64,000 bases of DNA, from contig OY969696.1 of assembly GCA_963702005.1 (NCBI GenBank), forward strand, positions 2,944,001 through 3,008,000, given 5' to 3'. This stretch comes from Candidatus Aminicenantes bacterium. GTDB taxonomy: Bacteria > Acidobacteriota > Aminicenantia > Aminicenantales > JAFGBC01. Of the stretch, positions 18,837-28,054 are shown piece by piece. A program made the position numbers and the translations under genes. The stretch's first letter is position 1; every line of letters starts with the position of its first letter. The notes below the pieces were generated by a model that saw only the letters and a list, made by a program, of their open reading frames with translations, did not search any database and was not told the DNA's origin.

Positions 18837-19552
18837 GTGTCCTTGGCCGGGGTTTTTCGGCCGCCGGCGCCGGCCGCCCCGGGGTAGTAGCGGACGATGA
18901 ACCGCTCTTGGGTCCGATAGGACCAATGGACGTCGCGGATGAACCGGGCAGCGTCTTCGAAGCGGCCCTGGCGGAGGTGATCGAGCAAGTTTTCGTGCTC
19001 GCCGCAGGACGCCTCCTCCCATTCCTTGACCCAGCTCTCGGGCCGGGGAAAATCATAGAGCCGCTTCTTAAGATTGTTGATGATCTTGACGAGGGATTCG
19101 TTGCCGCAGGCGCCGAGGTAGCTGTTATGAAACTTGAGGTTGCGGTCGTAGTAAAGATCGAAGTTGTCTTCGGCCAAGGCCTTGCGCATGCCATCGCAGA
19201 GCTTTTCCATGCTCTTGATGGCGGCGTCCTTCAGGTTATCGCGCGACAGGAGCAGGGCGGTCGCTTCCAGGGCGCCTATGATTTCATAATAATTCTTGAT
19301 ATCCTTGAACCCCAACGGATTGACGATGACGCCGCGCCGGGGAAGGATGGTGACGAAACTCTCCATCTCGAGCTGCAGCAGGGCGTCCCGGAGAGGTGTC
19401 TTGCTGACACCCAGCATGCGGGACGTCTCGTCCATGTTGATCACGGAACCGGGCAAGAGATGGCCTTTGTGCATCTCCTCTCGGATATATTCGTAGACCT
19501 GCTCTTTCAGGGACTTGATATTCAGGAGCGGCTTCTTTCCTCCCGAGTTCAT
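18833..19552 (-). CDS. GntR (FCD) family transcriptional regulator
   Basis: SLKEQVYEYIR..LGVSKTPLRDAL..LE HTH; FH..GN FCD motif. Confidence 0.9.
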   Translation of the reverse strand: MNSGGKKPLLNIKSLKEQVYEYIREEMHKGHLLPGSVINMDETSRMLGVSKTPLRDALLQLEMESFVTILPRRGVIVNPLGFKDIKNYYEIIGALEATALLLSRDNLKDAAIKSMEKLCDGMRKALAEDNFDLYYDRNLKFHNSYLGACGNESLVKIINNLKKRLYDFPRPESWVKEWEEASCGEHENLLDHLRQGRFEDAARFIRDVHWSYRTQERFIVRYYPGAAGAGGRKTPAKDT

Positions 19553-19579
19553 ACTAACTCCTCCAAATCCTTGTTATGT

Positions 19580-19664
19580 AATATATCAGATATCATTGAC
19601 CTTGTCAAATAACAAGGGTTTTAGCTTCATGTTCCCTCATTTGTCCTCCGATATTAGATATCAT
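19580..19664. promoter_or_regulatory. gntR promoter with two candidate operators
   Basis: Minus-strand TTGACA-N17-TATATT (19608-19580); ATATCAGATATCAT 19583-19596 and ATATTAGATATCAT 19651-19664. Confidence 0.6.
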
Positions 19665-19767
19665 AAGAATTTTGAGATTATAAGATTCACCAAACTAAGT
19701 CAAGACAATCCATTTCTAAAAATATATAATTTTGCTGCGAAATATAAATACCGGTGGAGGTATTTTC

Positions 19768-20196
19768 ATGCTTAAGGGAATCTCTCCTTTGCTGAGCCCG
19801 GACCTTCTAGCCGTCCTGAGCCGCATGGGACACGGGGATGAAATCGTTTTAGCCGATGCTCACTTCCCCGGCGAGAGCTCGAATCCCAGGGTCATTCGGG
19901 CCGACGGCCTCCGGATCGCCGACCTGCTCGACGCCATCCTGCCCCTGTTCGTCCTAGACGACTATGTGAAGGACCCGCTGACCATGATGGCGCCCGAACC
20001 CCGCGACACCCTCGACCCGGCCGTTGAAAAGTCTTTCCGGGATGCCGTCGACAGGCACGCGCCGAGAACGCCGCCTATCGCGAGGATCGGCCGCCGGGAA
20101 TTTTACGAGAAGGCGCGGAGAGCCTACGCCGTGGTCATGACCGGCGAAACGGCCAAGTACGCGAACATCATCCTCAAAAAGGGCGTAACGATCTGA
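19768..20196 (+). CDS. fucU: RbsD/FucU family sugar mutarotase
   Basis: [42 protein letters not shown]. Confidence 0.88.
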   Translation: MLKGISPLLSPDLLAVLSRMGHGDEIVLADAHFPGESSNPRVIRADGLRIADLLDAILPLFVLDDYVKDPLTMMAPEPRDTLDPAVEKSFRDAVDRHAPRTPPIARIGRREFYEKARRAYAVVMTGETAKYANIILKKGVTI

Positions 20197-20213
20197 GAAA
20201 TCAAGCGGCCTGA

Positions 20214-20296
20214 GTCAACCCTTCGACACCCATACTAAGCCGTTTTCGGCTTAGTATGATTACTGCAAGGCTGGGTAGCGTCGGCGAACGGGTCAA
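20214..20296 (-). repeat. TTGAC-bounded modular repeat, copy 3 (83 bp)
   Basis: Near-identical to copy 4; overlaps the TGA of the 20293 gene. Confidence 0.93.
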
Positions 20297-21411
20297 AGCC
20301 CATAGACGCAGGACCGTCCGGCCGCGGCGTAGATCGCGAGTTTTTCGGGCGGCGTATCGAAGAAGTGGTCCGAGAGGGACAGAATATAGCCGCCGTCTCC
20401 GCCGACCTTCTCGAACAGCTCCCGGACCTTGAAACGGATGAGGTCGGGAGCGCCGTCGTTCAAGACCTGGTTTTGATCCAGGCCTCCGATGAGCGCGAGC
20501 CGACCCCGGACCTTGGCGGCGAACTGCCAGGGTTCCTGGTTGCCTCCGATCGACGGCGGCGCGAGCGTCTCCGAGGCGTCGCAGCCGTTGGCGACGATGT
20601 GCTCTTCGATCCCGAGCGTCCCGCCGCAGGTATGGTAGACGATCCTGAATCCCAGCCCGCGCAGCGCCTCGTGGAGTCTGCGATCGTAGGGCAGGCAAAA
20701 AGCGGCATGGAGGGCGGGCGAGATCAGGGTCGAGGAAGCCGCTCCCCCGCCCGTCTCGACCAGGTCGAAGCGGGCGCCTTTCATGGACTCGACGAAGCGG
20801 AGCTTTTTTTCGAGAAGGATGCCCAGAAAGCGGTGGACCCAATCCGGCTTGTCGAAGGTGGCCAGGATCAGGTCGTTGGCGTCGGCCAGACAGCAGGCGT
20901 GCTGCCAGCAGCCAGCCTGATCTCCCCAGACGTAGCCGCGGACGATGCCGGCGTCGCCGACGGATTCCGAGAGCGCGGCGACGGCCTTGAGATCGCACTT
21001 GGGCACGGGCATGTACTTGCCGACGAGCTCGATGTCCTCGTCTCTTTTGACAAGATATTCGGTTATCCAGGTCGTTTGGAGATTCCCCTCAGTCTTCCAG
21101 GTCAGTCGACCTTCGGGCGTCGTGACCGTGTAGCGGACGATCCGGCGCTCGAGTTCTCGGCTCAGGACATCGGCTTCGATCCGCCATTCCCCGGTCGAGG
21201 TGACGGAAACGAGCGCTTCCTCCTTGGAGCGGCCCGCGTTTTCGGAGTACTGGACCTGCGCGTCCAGTCCGAACTTGACAAAGGCTTCGAGCTCGCCGAT
21301 CCCCCCGAGGTAAGCGGCGAGATGGTAGGGCTGCCACTGATGGACGGTCACAGGCAGACGGTCCGGCTTGCCCCTGTCGAGGGCCGTAAGAAGTCTTTGG
21401 CGGGAGGTCAT
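20293..21411 (-). CDS. Uroporphyrinogen decarboxylase / MtaA-CmuA-like family protein
   Basis: MTSRQRLL..PDRLPV start, YHTCG, LIGGLD, GGYILS; ATG 21411 overlaps the upstream stop. Confidence 0.8.
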   Translation of the reverse strand: MTSRQRLLTALDRGKPDRLPVTVHQWQPYHLAAYLGGIGELEAFVKFGLDAQVQYSENAGRSKEEALVSVTSTGEWRIEADVLSRELERRIVRYTVTTPEGRLTWKTEGNLQTTWITEYLVKRDEDIELVGKYMPVPKCDLKAVAALSESVGDAGIVRGYVWGDQAGCWQHACCLADANDLILATFDKPDWVHRFLGILLEKKLRFVESMKGARFDLVETGGGAASSTLISPALHAAFCLPYDRRLHEALRGLGFRIVYHTCGGTLGIEEHIVANGCDASETLAPPSIGGNQEPWQFAAKVRGRLALIGGLDQNQVLNDGAPDLIRFKVRELFEKVGGDGGYILSLSDHFFDTPPEKLAIYAAAGRSCVYGL

Positions 21412-22976
21412 GGCCGTCCCTTCGCTCGTTTGGTCCGGACCGACAGGCTCCGGGCCGAGGGCGCGAGCGCGATGCCGCCGCGGGCCGTGCAGCGGAGCTC
21501 GCAGGGCAGCAGGAGGCCCGTCGCGAAAACGGCGTCCACGGTTTCGTCGAGCGGGATGGGATTGGCGTAGCCGCCCAGGACGAGATCGGCCGCGCCGAAA
21601 GCCGCCGAGGCCGCGGCGGCGTTCCTGGTATGACAGGGGATTTCGCAGAAGCCTTGGACCAGGTCGCAAACCGAGCCCATCGTATTCTGGAAGGAGATCG
21701 CGGCCGCGTCCAGGGCGCTGCGAACGCTCCCGCCGGCGGCCTCGACGACCGCGGCGGCGGCCATGGCCCCGGCCGCTCCGATCTCGACCTGGCAACCGGC
21801 TATTTCCGCCGCGAAAGTCGCCCGTTGCGAAACGACGAGGCCGATCGCGCCCGCCGCCATGAGGGATAACGCGACGCTCCGAGCGGATAGGGATTTTTCT
21901 TCGGCCAGGGTCAGTAGCGCCCCGGGGATAACCCCCGACGAGGCTCCGGTCGGCGCGGCGCAGACGACGCCGCCCGAATTCGAAGCGTGGAGGGCGGCCA
22001 TGGCCCGGGCCGCCGCCCGCGCGTGCGGCCCTCCTATGGCCAGCCGGCCCGCGGCTTCGGCCTCGAGGATTCCACGGGCCGCCGGCCCGAGAAGTCTCAT
22101 CCGGACGTTGTCGTCATCGAGCCCGCTGGCGACCGCCGCCTTCATGATCTCGTAGCGGGCCAGGATTTCGGCCAGAATTCGGTCTTCGTTAAAACCGAGG
22201 AGACGCGATTCGTAGGCCAGGGCCGTCTCGCCCAAGGACCACCCGTTCCGCTCGGCGCAATCGGCCATCCCGGCCGCATCGGAGAACAGGGCCTCTCCCC
22301 TCTTAACGAAGAAGAGCGGAGCGACCGTCCGGACGGCACGGACGCCGGAGAGCGATCTCAACTGATTCACAAACGTTTCATCGAAAGGCTTGTTGTTCTT
22401 GAAAGTCAGCTGAACCCCTCCTCGTCCCGGCGACCTGACGGTTTCGACGCGGCCGCTTGAAACGAGGATGCTTTCCTCGATTCCTGAGGCCGAGCCCGGA
22501 TCGGCGCTGACGAGAAGGTCGAAGGACTTTCCATTCAAAGAGGCGGGATAGCCGTCGACCTCGCTGATAACGACGCCCCCGCCGCCGGTGGATTTGGCCG
22601 TCGCCGCCAATCCTCGGCCGTCCCTCGAACGAAGAACGATGCAGACTGTGTTGGGGTGATCGGCCCCCTCGAGCTTCTCGGTCCGGAATTCGACGGAGAG
22701 TCCGGCGTGCTCGGCCTTGCCGAGGGCGTCGAGGAAACGAACGTCCGTAATCTCCCAGCCCAACAGGCCCGCCGCAAACGCTCTGTCGGCGCCCTGCTCG
22801 CGAAAGGTCCGGGCGTAAGAACCAAGGGGGTCGAAGCTGAAGGCCGCCGACTCCGGAGCCGCCCCTAAAAGGGAGCGGGCCATCCGCCCGATGTGATAGG
22901 ACCCCGCCGTGTGCGAGCTCGACGGCCCGCGCATGACGGGACCCAGAACGTCGTTGAGGATACTTAGAAATTCCAT
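21408..22976 (-). CDS. Fe-S L-serine dehydratase, fused beta-(ACT-like)-alpha form
   Basis: GPVMRGPSSSHTAG and HPNT (beta); AAPTGASSG, AGCQVEIG, CDLVQGFCEIPC, ELRCTARGG (alpha). Confidence 0.85.
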   Translation of the reverse strand: MEFLSILNDVLGPVMRGPSSSHTAGSYHIGRMARSLLGAAPESAAFSFDPLGSYARTFREQGADRAFAAGLLGWEITDVRFLDALGKAEHAGLSVEFRTEKLEGADHPNTVCIVLRSRDGRGLAATAKSTGGGGVVISEVDGYPASLNGKSFDLLVSADPGSASGIEESILVSSGRVETVRSPGRGGVQLTFKNNKPFDETFVNQLRSLSGVRAVRTVAPLFFVKRGEALFSDAAGMADCAERNGWSLGETALAYESRLLGFNEDRILAEILARYEIMKAAVASGLDDDNVRMRLLGPAARGILEAEAAGRLAIGGPHARAAARAMAALHASNSGGVVCAAPTGASSGVIPGALLTLAEEKSLSARSVALSLMAAGAIGLVVSQRATFAAEIAGCQVEIGAAGAMAAAAVVEAAGGSVRSALDAAAISFQNTMGSVCDLVQGFCEIPCHTRNAAAASAAFGAADLVLGGYANPIPLDETVDAVFATGLLLPCELRCTARGGIALAPSARSLSVRTKRAKGRP

Positions 22977-23015
22977 GGGCGCGCCGCCATTATAGCCCAA
23001 TTCCGGGGGCGCGCG

Positions 23016-23450
23016 CTAAGCGGAGGGACGTTTATGATTCAGGCCCGCGAGGACGCTCTCGAGCTCCTGCACTTCGAACGGCTTCTGGATAAAGGCCAAG
23101 GGCTTCGTGGTCCACGCCCTGTCCATGGTTTCAGGATCGCTGAAAGCCGTCAGGTAAACGACCGGGATCCGGAAACGAGCCTGGATCGTCCGGGCGGCGC
23201 GGACGCCGTCGATCTTACCTTTCAGCCTGATATCCATCAGGATGACATCCGGACGGACCTTCCCGGCTTCCCTGATCGATTGCTCCCCCGAGGTCACGAT
23301 CCCCAAAACGGTGTGCCCGAGCTTGGTCAGTATTTTTGTGATGTCCGAGGCGATGATAACCTCGTCCTCGACGATCAGGACCTTGACGCCGGACCCGTTA
23401 TGAGGCGTCGCCCTCGGCGATCTGCTTTTGTTCAGACAGAGGGAGCCCAT
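23016..23450 (-). CDS. Stand-alone response regulator receiver
   Basis: LIVEDE, ILMDI, YLTA, KPF motifs; start codon uncertain. Confidence 0.8.
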   Translation of the reverse strand: MGSLCLNKSRSPRATPHNGSGVKVLIVEDEVIIASDITKILTKLGHTVLGIVTSGEQSIREAGKVRPDVILMDIRLKGKIDGVRAARTIQARFRIPVVYLTAFSDPETMDRAWTTKPLAFIQKPFEVQELESVLAGLNHKRPSA

Positions 23451-23577
23451 TTGTTTTCACGGATTTAGTCGTAGCAACCGGATAAAGATTGAAAGCCGGA
23501 ATCCGAGCATCCCTCTCCGGATCTCGGGCTAAGAGAGGCCGAAGCCTCCTTTATGGGGGGAAATACGGTGTGTCGGA

Positions 23578-23654
<77 letters not shown>

Positions 23655-23665
23655 GTGCCGAGTTT

Positions 23666-23752
23666 ATTATATCAAAACCGGACCTCTTGTCAAAAGCTTT
23701 CTTGCCATCCCCTTCCAATTCCTTGACAAGGCTTTAACGCCCTTTCTATAAT
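23666..23752. promoter_or_regulatory. Back-to-back sigma70 promoters (tRNA and nuoJ)
   Basis: Minus: TTGACA-N16-TATAAT 23693-23666; plus: TTGACA-N18-TATAAT 23723-23752. Confidence 0.75.
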
Positions 23753-23765
23753 GACTCCACCTGAT

Positions 23766-24260
23766 ATGACTTCGATCCTCTTCCTGCTTCTCGCCCTGAC
23801 AAGCGTCGGCGCCGTCCTGGCTATGCTCCTGAGCCGCCGCCAGACCTACGCCGCCCTTTTTCTCGTCTTGGCTTTCGCCGCCCTGGGCGGCATCTTCGGA
23901 TTGCTCGACGCGCCCTTTCTGGCCGCCGTCCAGATCCTGATCTATGCCGGGGCCATCATGGTCCTGTTCATCTTCGTCGTCATGATGATCGACCCGCGCC
24001 GGAACCTTCGTTCCGAACCGAGGGCCTGGTTCCTCCCGGCGGCGATCATTCTTTCGGTCTCCCTCCTTGTTGAAATCTTCTGGGCGGCTCGCGGTACGCT
24101 TGTCCGGCTGGGCGAAGCCCAGGCCTGGTCGTCTTCGCCGGCCGAGATCGCCCGCCTCCTGTTCTCGAAATACCTTTATCCGTTCGAGCTCGCATCTCTC
24201 CTGATCCTGGCGGCTCTGGCGGGCGCCGTCGTCCTATCCCGGAAAAAGGACTCTCCGTGA
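23766..24260 (+). CDS. nuoJ: NADH-quinone oxidoreductase subunit J
   Basis: QILIYAGAIMVLFIFVVM, YLYPFELAS; ATG 23751 overlaps the -10 box so 23766 is preferred. Confidence 0.9.
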   Translation: MTSILFLLLALTSVGAVLAMLLSRRQTYAALFLVLAFAALGGIFGLLDAPFLAAVQILIYAGAIMVLFIFVVMMIDPRRNLRSEPRAWFLPAAIILSVSLLVEIFWAARGTLVRLGEAQAWSSSPAEIARLLFSKYLYPFELASLLILAALAGAVVLSRKKDSP

Positions 24261-24559
24261 TTCCCCTGGCTTGGGTCCTCGCTTTGAGCCTCGTCCTGTT
24301 CGGGCTCGGCGCCGTAGGCTTCCTGATAAAAAAAGACCTCCTGAGCCAATTCATGTCCATCGAAGTCATGCTCAACGCCGCGGGCCTTGCCTTCGTGGGC
24401 TTCGCCGCGGCCTCCCGCGACCTCTCCGGCCAAGTCATAGTCTTCTTCATCATCACCGTGGCCGCGGCCGAGGCCGCCCTCGGTCTGTCCATCATCCTCC
24501 TCGTCTTCCGCAGGAAAAAGACGGTCCGGAGCGACGACATCCGGCTGATGAAAGGCTGA
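24257..24559 (+). CDS. nuoK: NADH-quinone oxidoreductase subunit K
   Basis: MSIEVMLNA, VAAAEAALGL motifs. Confidence 0.93.
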   Translation: MIPLAWVLALSLVLFGLGAVGFLIKKDLLSQFMSIEVMLNAAGLAFVGFAAASRDLSGQVIVFFIITVAAAEAALGLSIILLVFRRKKTVRSDDIRLMKG

Positions 24560-24563
24560 TGGG

Positions 24564-26462
24564 ATGAGCGCCTTGGCCCTCATTTTAGTCATCCCCGCGG
24601 CGAGCGCCCTCGTCCTCATCCTGGCCGGGAAAAAGCTCCCCCGCGTCTGGATCGGACTTCAAGCCTGCGGGGCCGTCCTGGCCTCATTCCTGCTCGGCGG
24701 CTTGATCTTAATCCGAAGTCTCCAGGCCGGATTACCGGACGGGGGCCGGATCGAAACGTTCTTCAGCTGGATCCGGGCCGGGGCGTTCGACGTCTCGGTC
24801 TCTCTCAGGCTCGACAGCCTCAGCCTGCTCATGATTCTCGTCGTCAGCGGCGTCGGTTTCCTGATTCACGTCTACTCGACGGGCTACATGGCCGGCGATC
24901 CGAGCTATGCGCGCTACTTCGGGCTCCTCAACCTGTTCGTGTTCGCCATGCTCATTCTGGTCACGGCCTCCAACCTCGTCCTGATGTTCGTGGGCTGGGA
25001 AGGCGTCGGCCTCTGCTCCTACCTCCTGATCGGGTTTTGGTTCGAGCGGGACGCCGCGGCCAAGGCCGGCCACAAGGCTTTCCTCGTCAACCGGATCGGC
25101 GACGCGGGCTTCATCATCGGAATCCTCTTCCTCCTCGTCACCGTCGGGAGCGGCGAATTCGAGGCCGTCGAAAAGGCCGTCGCCGGCGGAGTCCTGGCCC
25201 CGGGCTTGGCAACCCTGATCGCCCTTCTCCTCTTCGCCGGAGCCACGGGCAAATCGGCTCAGATTCCGCTCTATCTCTGGCTGCCCGACGCCATGGAAGG
25301 TCCGACCCCGGTCAGCGCCCTTATTCACGCGGCGACCATGGTTACGGCCGGCGTCTATCTTGTCGCCCGCCTCCACGTCCTCTACTCCTTCTCCGAGACG
25401 GCCTCCCTGGTCGTGGCCGTCATCGGCGGCCTGACCGCGGTCTACGCTGCGTCCATGGCGCTTGTTGAGAACAACATCAAGAAGGTCCTGGCCTATTCGA
25501 CGATCTCCCAGATCGGATATATGTTCATCGGCTGCGGCGTCGGCGCCTACGCTTCCGGACTATTCCATCTTTGCACCCATGCGTTCTTTAAAAGCCTCCT
25601 CTTTCTCGGCGCCGGCAGCGTCATGCACGCCCTGGCTGGCCAGGCGGACCTGCGGCGCATGGGCGGCTTGCGCCGGGATCTCCCCAAGACCCATTTTGTC
25701 TTCCTGGTCGGAACCCTGGTCATCGCCGGAGTCCCCTTCCTGTCGGGGTTCTTCTCCAAGGACGCCATCCTGACCTCGGCCTACGCAAGCGGCCGATACG
25801 GGATCTGGGCCTTGGGCGTCTTCGCTGCTTGCCTCACCTCCTTCTACATATTCAGGCTCTACTTTCTCGTTTTCTGGGGAGAGTCACGGCTCCCCGGGCA
25901 AAGCCGGAGTCACATCCATGAATCTCCCGCCTCAATGACCGTTCCCATGGCCGCCTTGGCTTTTCTCTCGGCCGTCGCAGGATATATAGCGTTGCCGGCC
26001 GTTTTCGGAAAAAACGCCGATCTTCTCGGCCGATTCCTCGGGTCGGTTCTCCCCGCCTCCGAAGGAGCTCGTCTCACGGCCGGGGCGGAATGGCTCTTGA
26101 TGTCCGGCTCCGTGCTCGCGGCCGCGGCGGGAATCGGCATCGCCTATATCTTTTACCAAAAAAATCAAGCGCTGCCGGTCCGTTTGGCTCACAAGCTCTC
26201 CGGCCCCTACCGCCTCCTGGCCCGCCGCTATTATGCCGACGAGGCTGTGGACGCCGTCATCGTCCGCCCGCTCCTTCAAGGCGCCCGGGCCGTTTACGAG
26301 CATTTCGACCTCAAGGTCGTCGACGGGGCCGTGAACGGGGCGGCTTCGGCCGCGGAATTCCTGGGCCGGACCGTTTCGGTCCTTCAATCGGGATTCCTCA
26401 GGGATTATGCCTTGCTCATTCTGGCCGGGGCCGCCGCGGCCCTGGCCGTCTTTCTATTCTGA
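24564..26462 (+). CDS. nuoL: NADH-quinone oxidoreductase subunit L
   Basis: GWEGVGLCSYLLIGFW, KSAQIPL..WLPDAMEGPTPVSALIHAATMV. Confidence 0.95.
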   Translation: MSALALILVIPAASALVLILAGKKLPRVWIGLQACGAVLASFLLGGLILIRSLQAGLPDGGRIETFFSWIRAGAFDVSVSLRLDSLSLLMILVVSGVGFLIHVYSTGYMAGDPSYARYFGLLNLFVFAMLILVTASNLVLMFVGWEGVGLCSYLLIGFWFERDAAAKAGHKAFLVNRIGDAGFIIGILFLLVTVGSGEFEAVEKAVAGGVLAPGLATLIALLLFAGATGKSAQIPLYLWLPDAMEGPTPVSALIHAATMVTAGVYLVARLHVLYSFSETASLVVAVIGGLTAVYAASMALVENNIKKVLAYSTISQIGYMFIGCGVGAYASGLFHLCTHAFFKSLLFLGAGSVMHALAGQADLRRMGGLRRDLPKTHFVFLVGTLVIAGVPFLSGFFSKDAILTSAYASGRYGIWALGVFAACLTSFYIFRLYFLVFWGESRLPGQSRSHIHESPASMTVPMAALAFLSAVAGYIALPAVFGKNADLLGRFLGSVLPASEGARLTAGAEWLLMSGSVLAAAAGIGIAYIFYQKNQALPVRLAHKLSGPYRLLARRYYADEAVDAVIVRPLLQGARAVYEHFDLKVVDGAVNGAASAAEFLGRTVSVLQSGFLRDYALLILAGAAAALAVFLF

Positions 26463-26464
26463 CC

Positions 26465-28054
26465 ATGATACCGCTGTTGAGCCTGCTGACCTTCGCCCCG
26501 CTCGCGGGAGCGATCCTCATTATCCTCCTCCCCGGCCGCGCCAAGGGACTGCTCAGAACGACGGCCCTGGCGGTGAGCCTCTCCGTCTTCGCCCTGGCCG
26601 TCGTCATCTTTATCCGCTTCGACGGGATGTCCGGCGCCTACCAGTTCGTCGAGAAGAAGGCTTGGCTCGGCTACGGCATCCACTACAACGTCGGCGTCGA
26701 CGGGATCAGCCTGACTCTCATCCTCCTCACCGCCTTCATCTTTCCGCTCGCCCTCCTCTCGGCCCATTCGGCGGTCGGGGAACGCGTTAAGGAATTCCTC
26801 GTCTTCATGCTTCTCCTCGAGACGGGAATTCTGGGCGTCTTCGTCTCCCTTAACCTTTTTCTGTTCTATGTCTTCTGGGAAGCCATGCTCGTCCCCATGT
26901 ACTTCCTGATCGGGATCTGGGGAGGCGGCCGCCGCGTCTACGCGACCCTCAAGTTCGTCCTGTTCACGATGGCCGGGAGCCTCCTCATGCTCGTCGGCAT
27001 CCTCGTCTTGTTCGTCCTTCACGCTAAGGCCACCGGCGTTTACTCCTTTGCCATCGCCGACCTGGAAGGGATGGTCCTCAATCCGAGGCTCCAGACCTGG
27101 CTCTTCCTGGCCTTCGGCCTGGCCTTCGCCGTCAAAGTGCCCCTCGTCCCCTTCCATACCTGGCTCCCCGACGCCCACGTCGAGGCGCCCACGGCGGGCT
27201 CGGTCGTCCTGGCCGCCGTCCTCCTCAAGATGGGTGCCTACGGCTTCCTCCGCTTCGGCTTGCCCTTCTTCCCCGACGCGGCCCGGCGCTTCCTTCCCGC
27301 GCTCTCCATCCTCGCCCTGGCCGGGATCATTTACGGCGGACTGATGGCCCTCGTCCAGAAGGACATCAAGGCCCTGGTCGCTTATTCGAGCGTAAGCCAC
27401 ATGGGGCTGATCATGCTGGCCGCTTTTTCGCTGAGCCTCGAGGGAATGGAAGGGGCCCTTCTCCAAATGGTCAACCACGGAATCAGCACGGGCGCTCTGT
27501 TCCTTGCCGTCGGCGTCCTGTACGAACGGGCTCATACGCGGCGCATCGACGACTTCGGAGGGGTCGGCCGCCTCATGCCCATCTTCGCGGCCCTGTTTCT
27601 CGTCAGCCTGCTGTCCTCGATGGGCCTTCCCGGCCTCAACGGGTTTACCGGCGAAATCCTCTGCTTCTTCGGCGTGTTCCGGGTCAGCCGCGGGCTGGGG
27701 ATCGCCTCCGTCGCGACCGTCATCCTGGCCGCCGCCTATCTCCTCTGGATGTTCCGCCGCGTCATGCAAGGCCCCGTGACCAAAGACGCGGTCCGTTCGT
27801 TCAAGGACATCACCTTGAGGGAAGGACTGGTCCTCGTCCCGCTCGTCGTCGTCATGGTCTGGATCGGGATCGCCCCGCGCGTCTTATTGAGCAAAATGGA
27901 TGCGTCGGTCGCCGCCCTCACGGCCAAACTCAAAGCCGGCCCGACCGCCCTCTCGGCGGAGCGCACGCCCGCATCAGCCCGCCCGATCGTAACGGCCAAA
28001 GCGCTCCCGACGGCCGCCTCCGAAGCCGGCGGAAAGGAGACGCGCAGGCCGTGA
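26465..28054 (+). CDS. nuoM: NADH-quinone oxidoreductase subunit M
   Basis: FYVFWEAML, PFHTWLPDAHVEAPT, AYSSVSHMG. Confidence 0.95.
   Translation: MIPLLSLLTFAPLAGAILIILLPGRAKGLLRTTALAVSLSVFALAVVIFIRFDGMSGAYQFVEKKAWLGYGIHYNVGVDGISLTLILLTAFIFPLALLSAHSAVGERVKEFLVFMLLLETGILGVFVSLNLFLFYVFWEAMLVPMYFLIGIWGGGRRVYATLKFVLFTMAGSLLMLVGILVLFVLHAKATGVYSFAIADLEGMVLNPRLQTWLFLAFGLAFAVKVPLVPFHTWLPDAHVEAPTAGSVVLAAVLLKMGAYGFLRFGLPFFPDAARRFLPALSILALAGIIYGGLMALVQKDIKALVAYSSVSHMGLIMLAAFSLSLEGMEGALLQMVNHGISTGALFLAVGVLYERAHTRRIDDFGGVGRLMPIFAALFLVSLLSSMGLPGLNGFTGEILCFFGVFRVSRGLGIASVATVILAAAYLLWMFRRVMQGPVTKDAVRSFKDITLREGLVLVPLVVVMVWIGIAPRVLLSKMDASVAALTAKLKAGPTALSAERTPASARPIVTAKALPTAASEAGGKETRRP

Noticed and set aside
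20214-20296. Repeat hairpins as ordinary rho-independent terminators
   Set aside because: No U-tract follows the stems, and the conserved flanking ends and modular interiors are not explained by termination alone.
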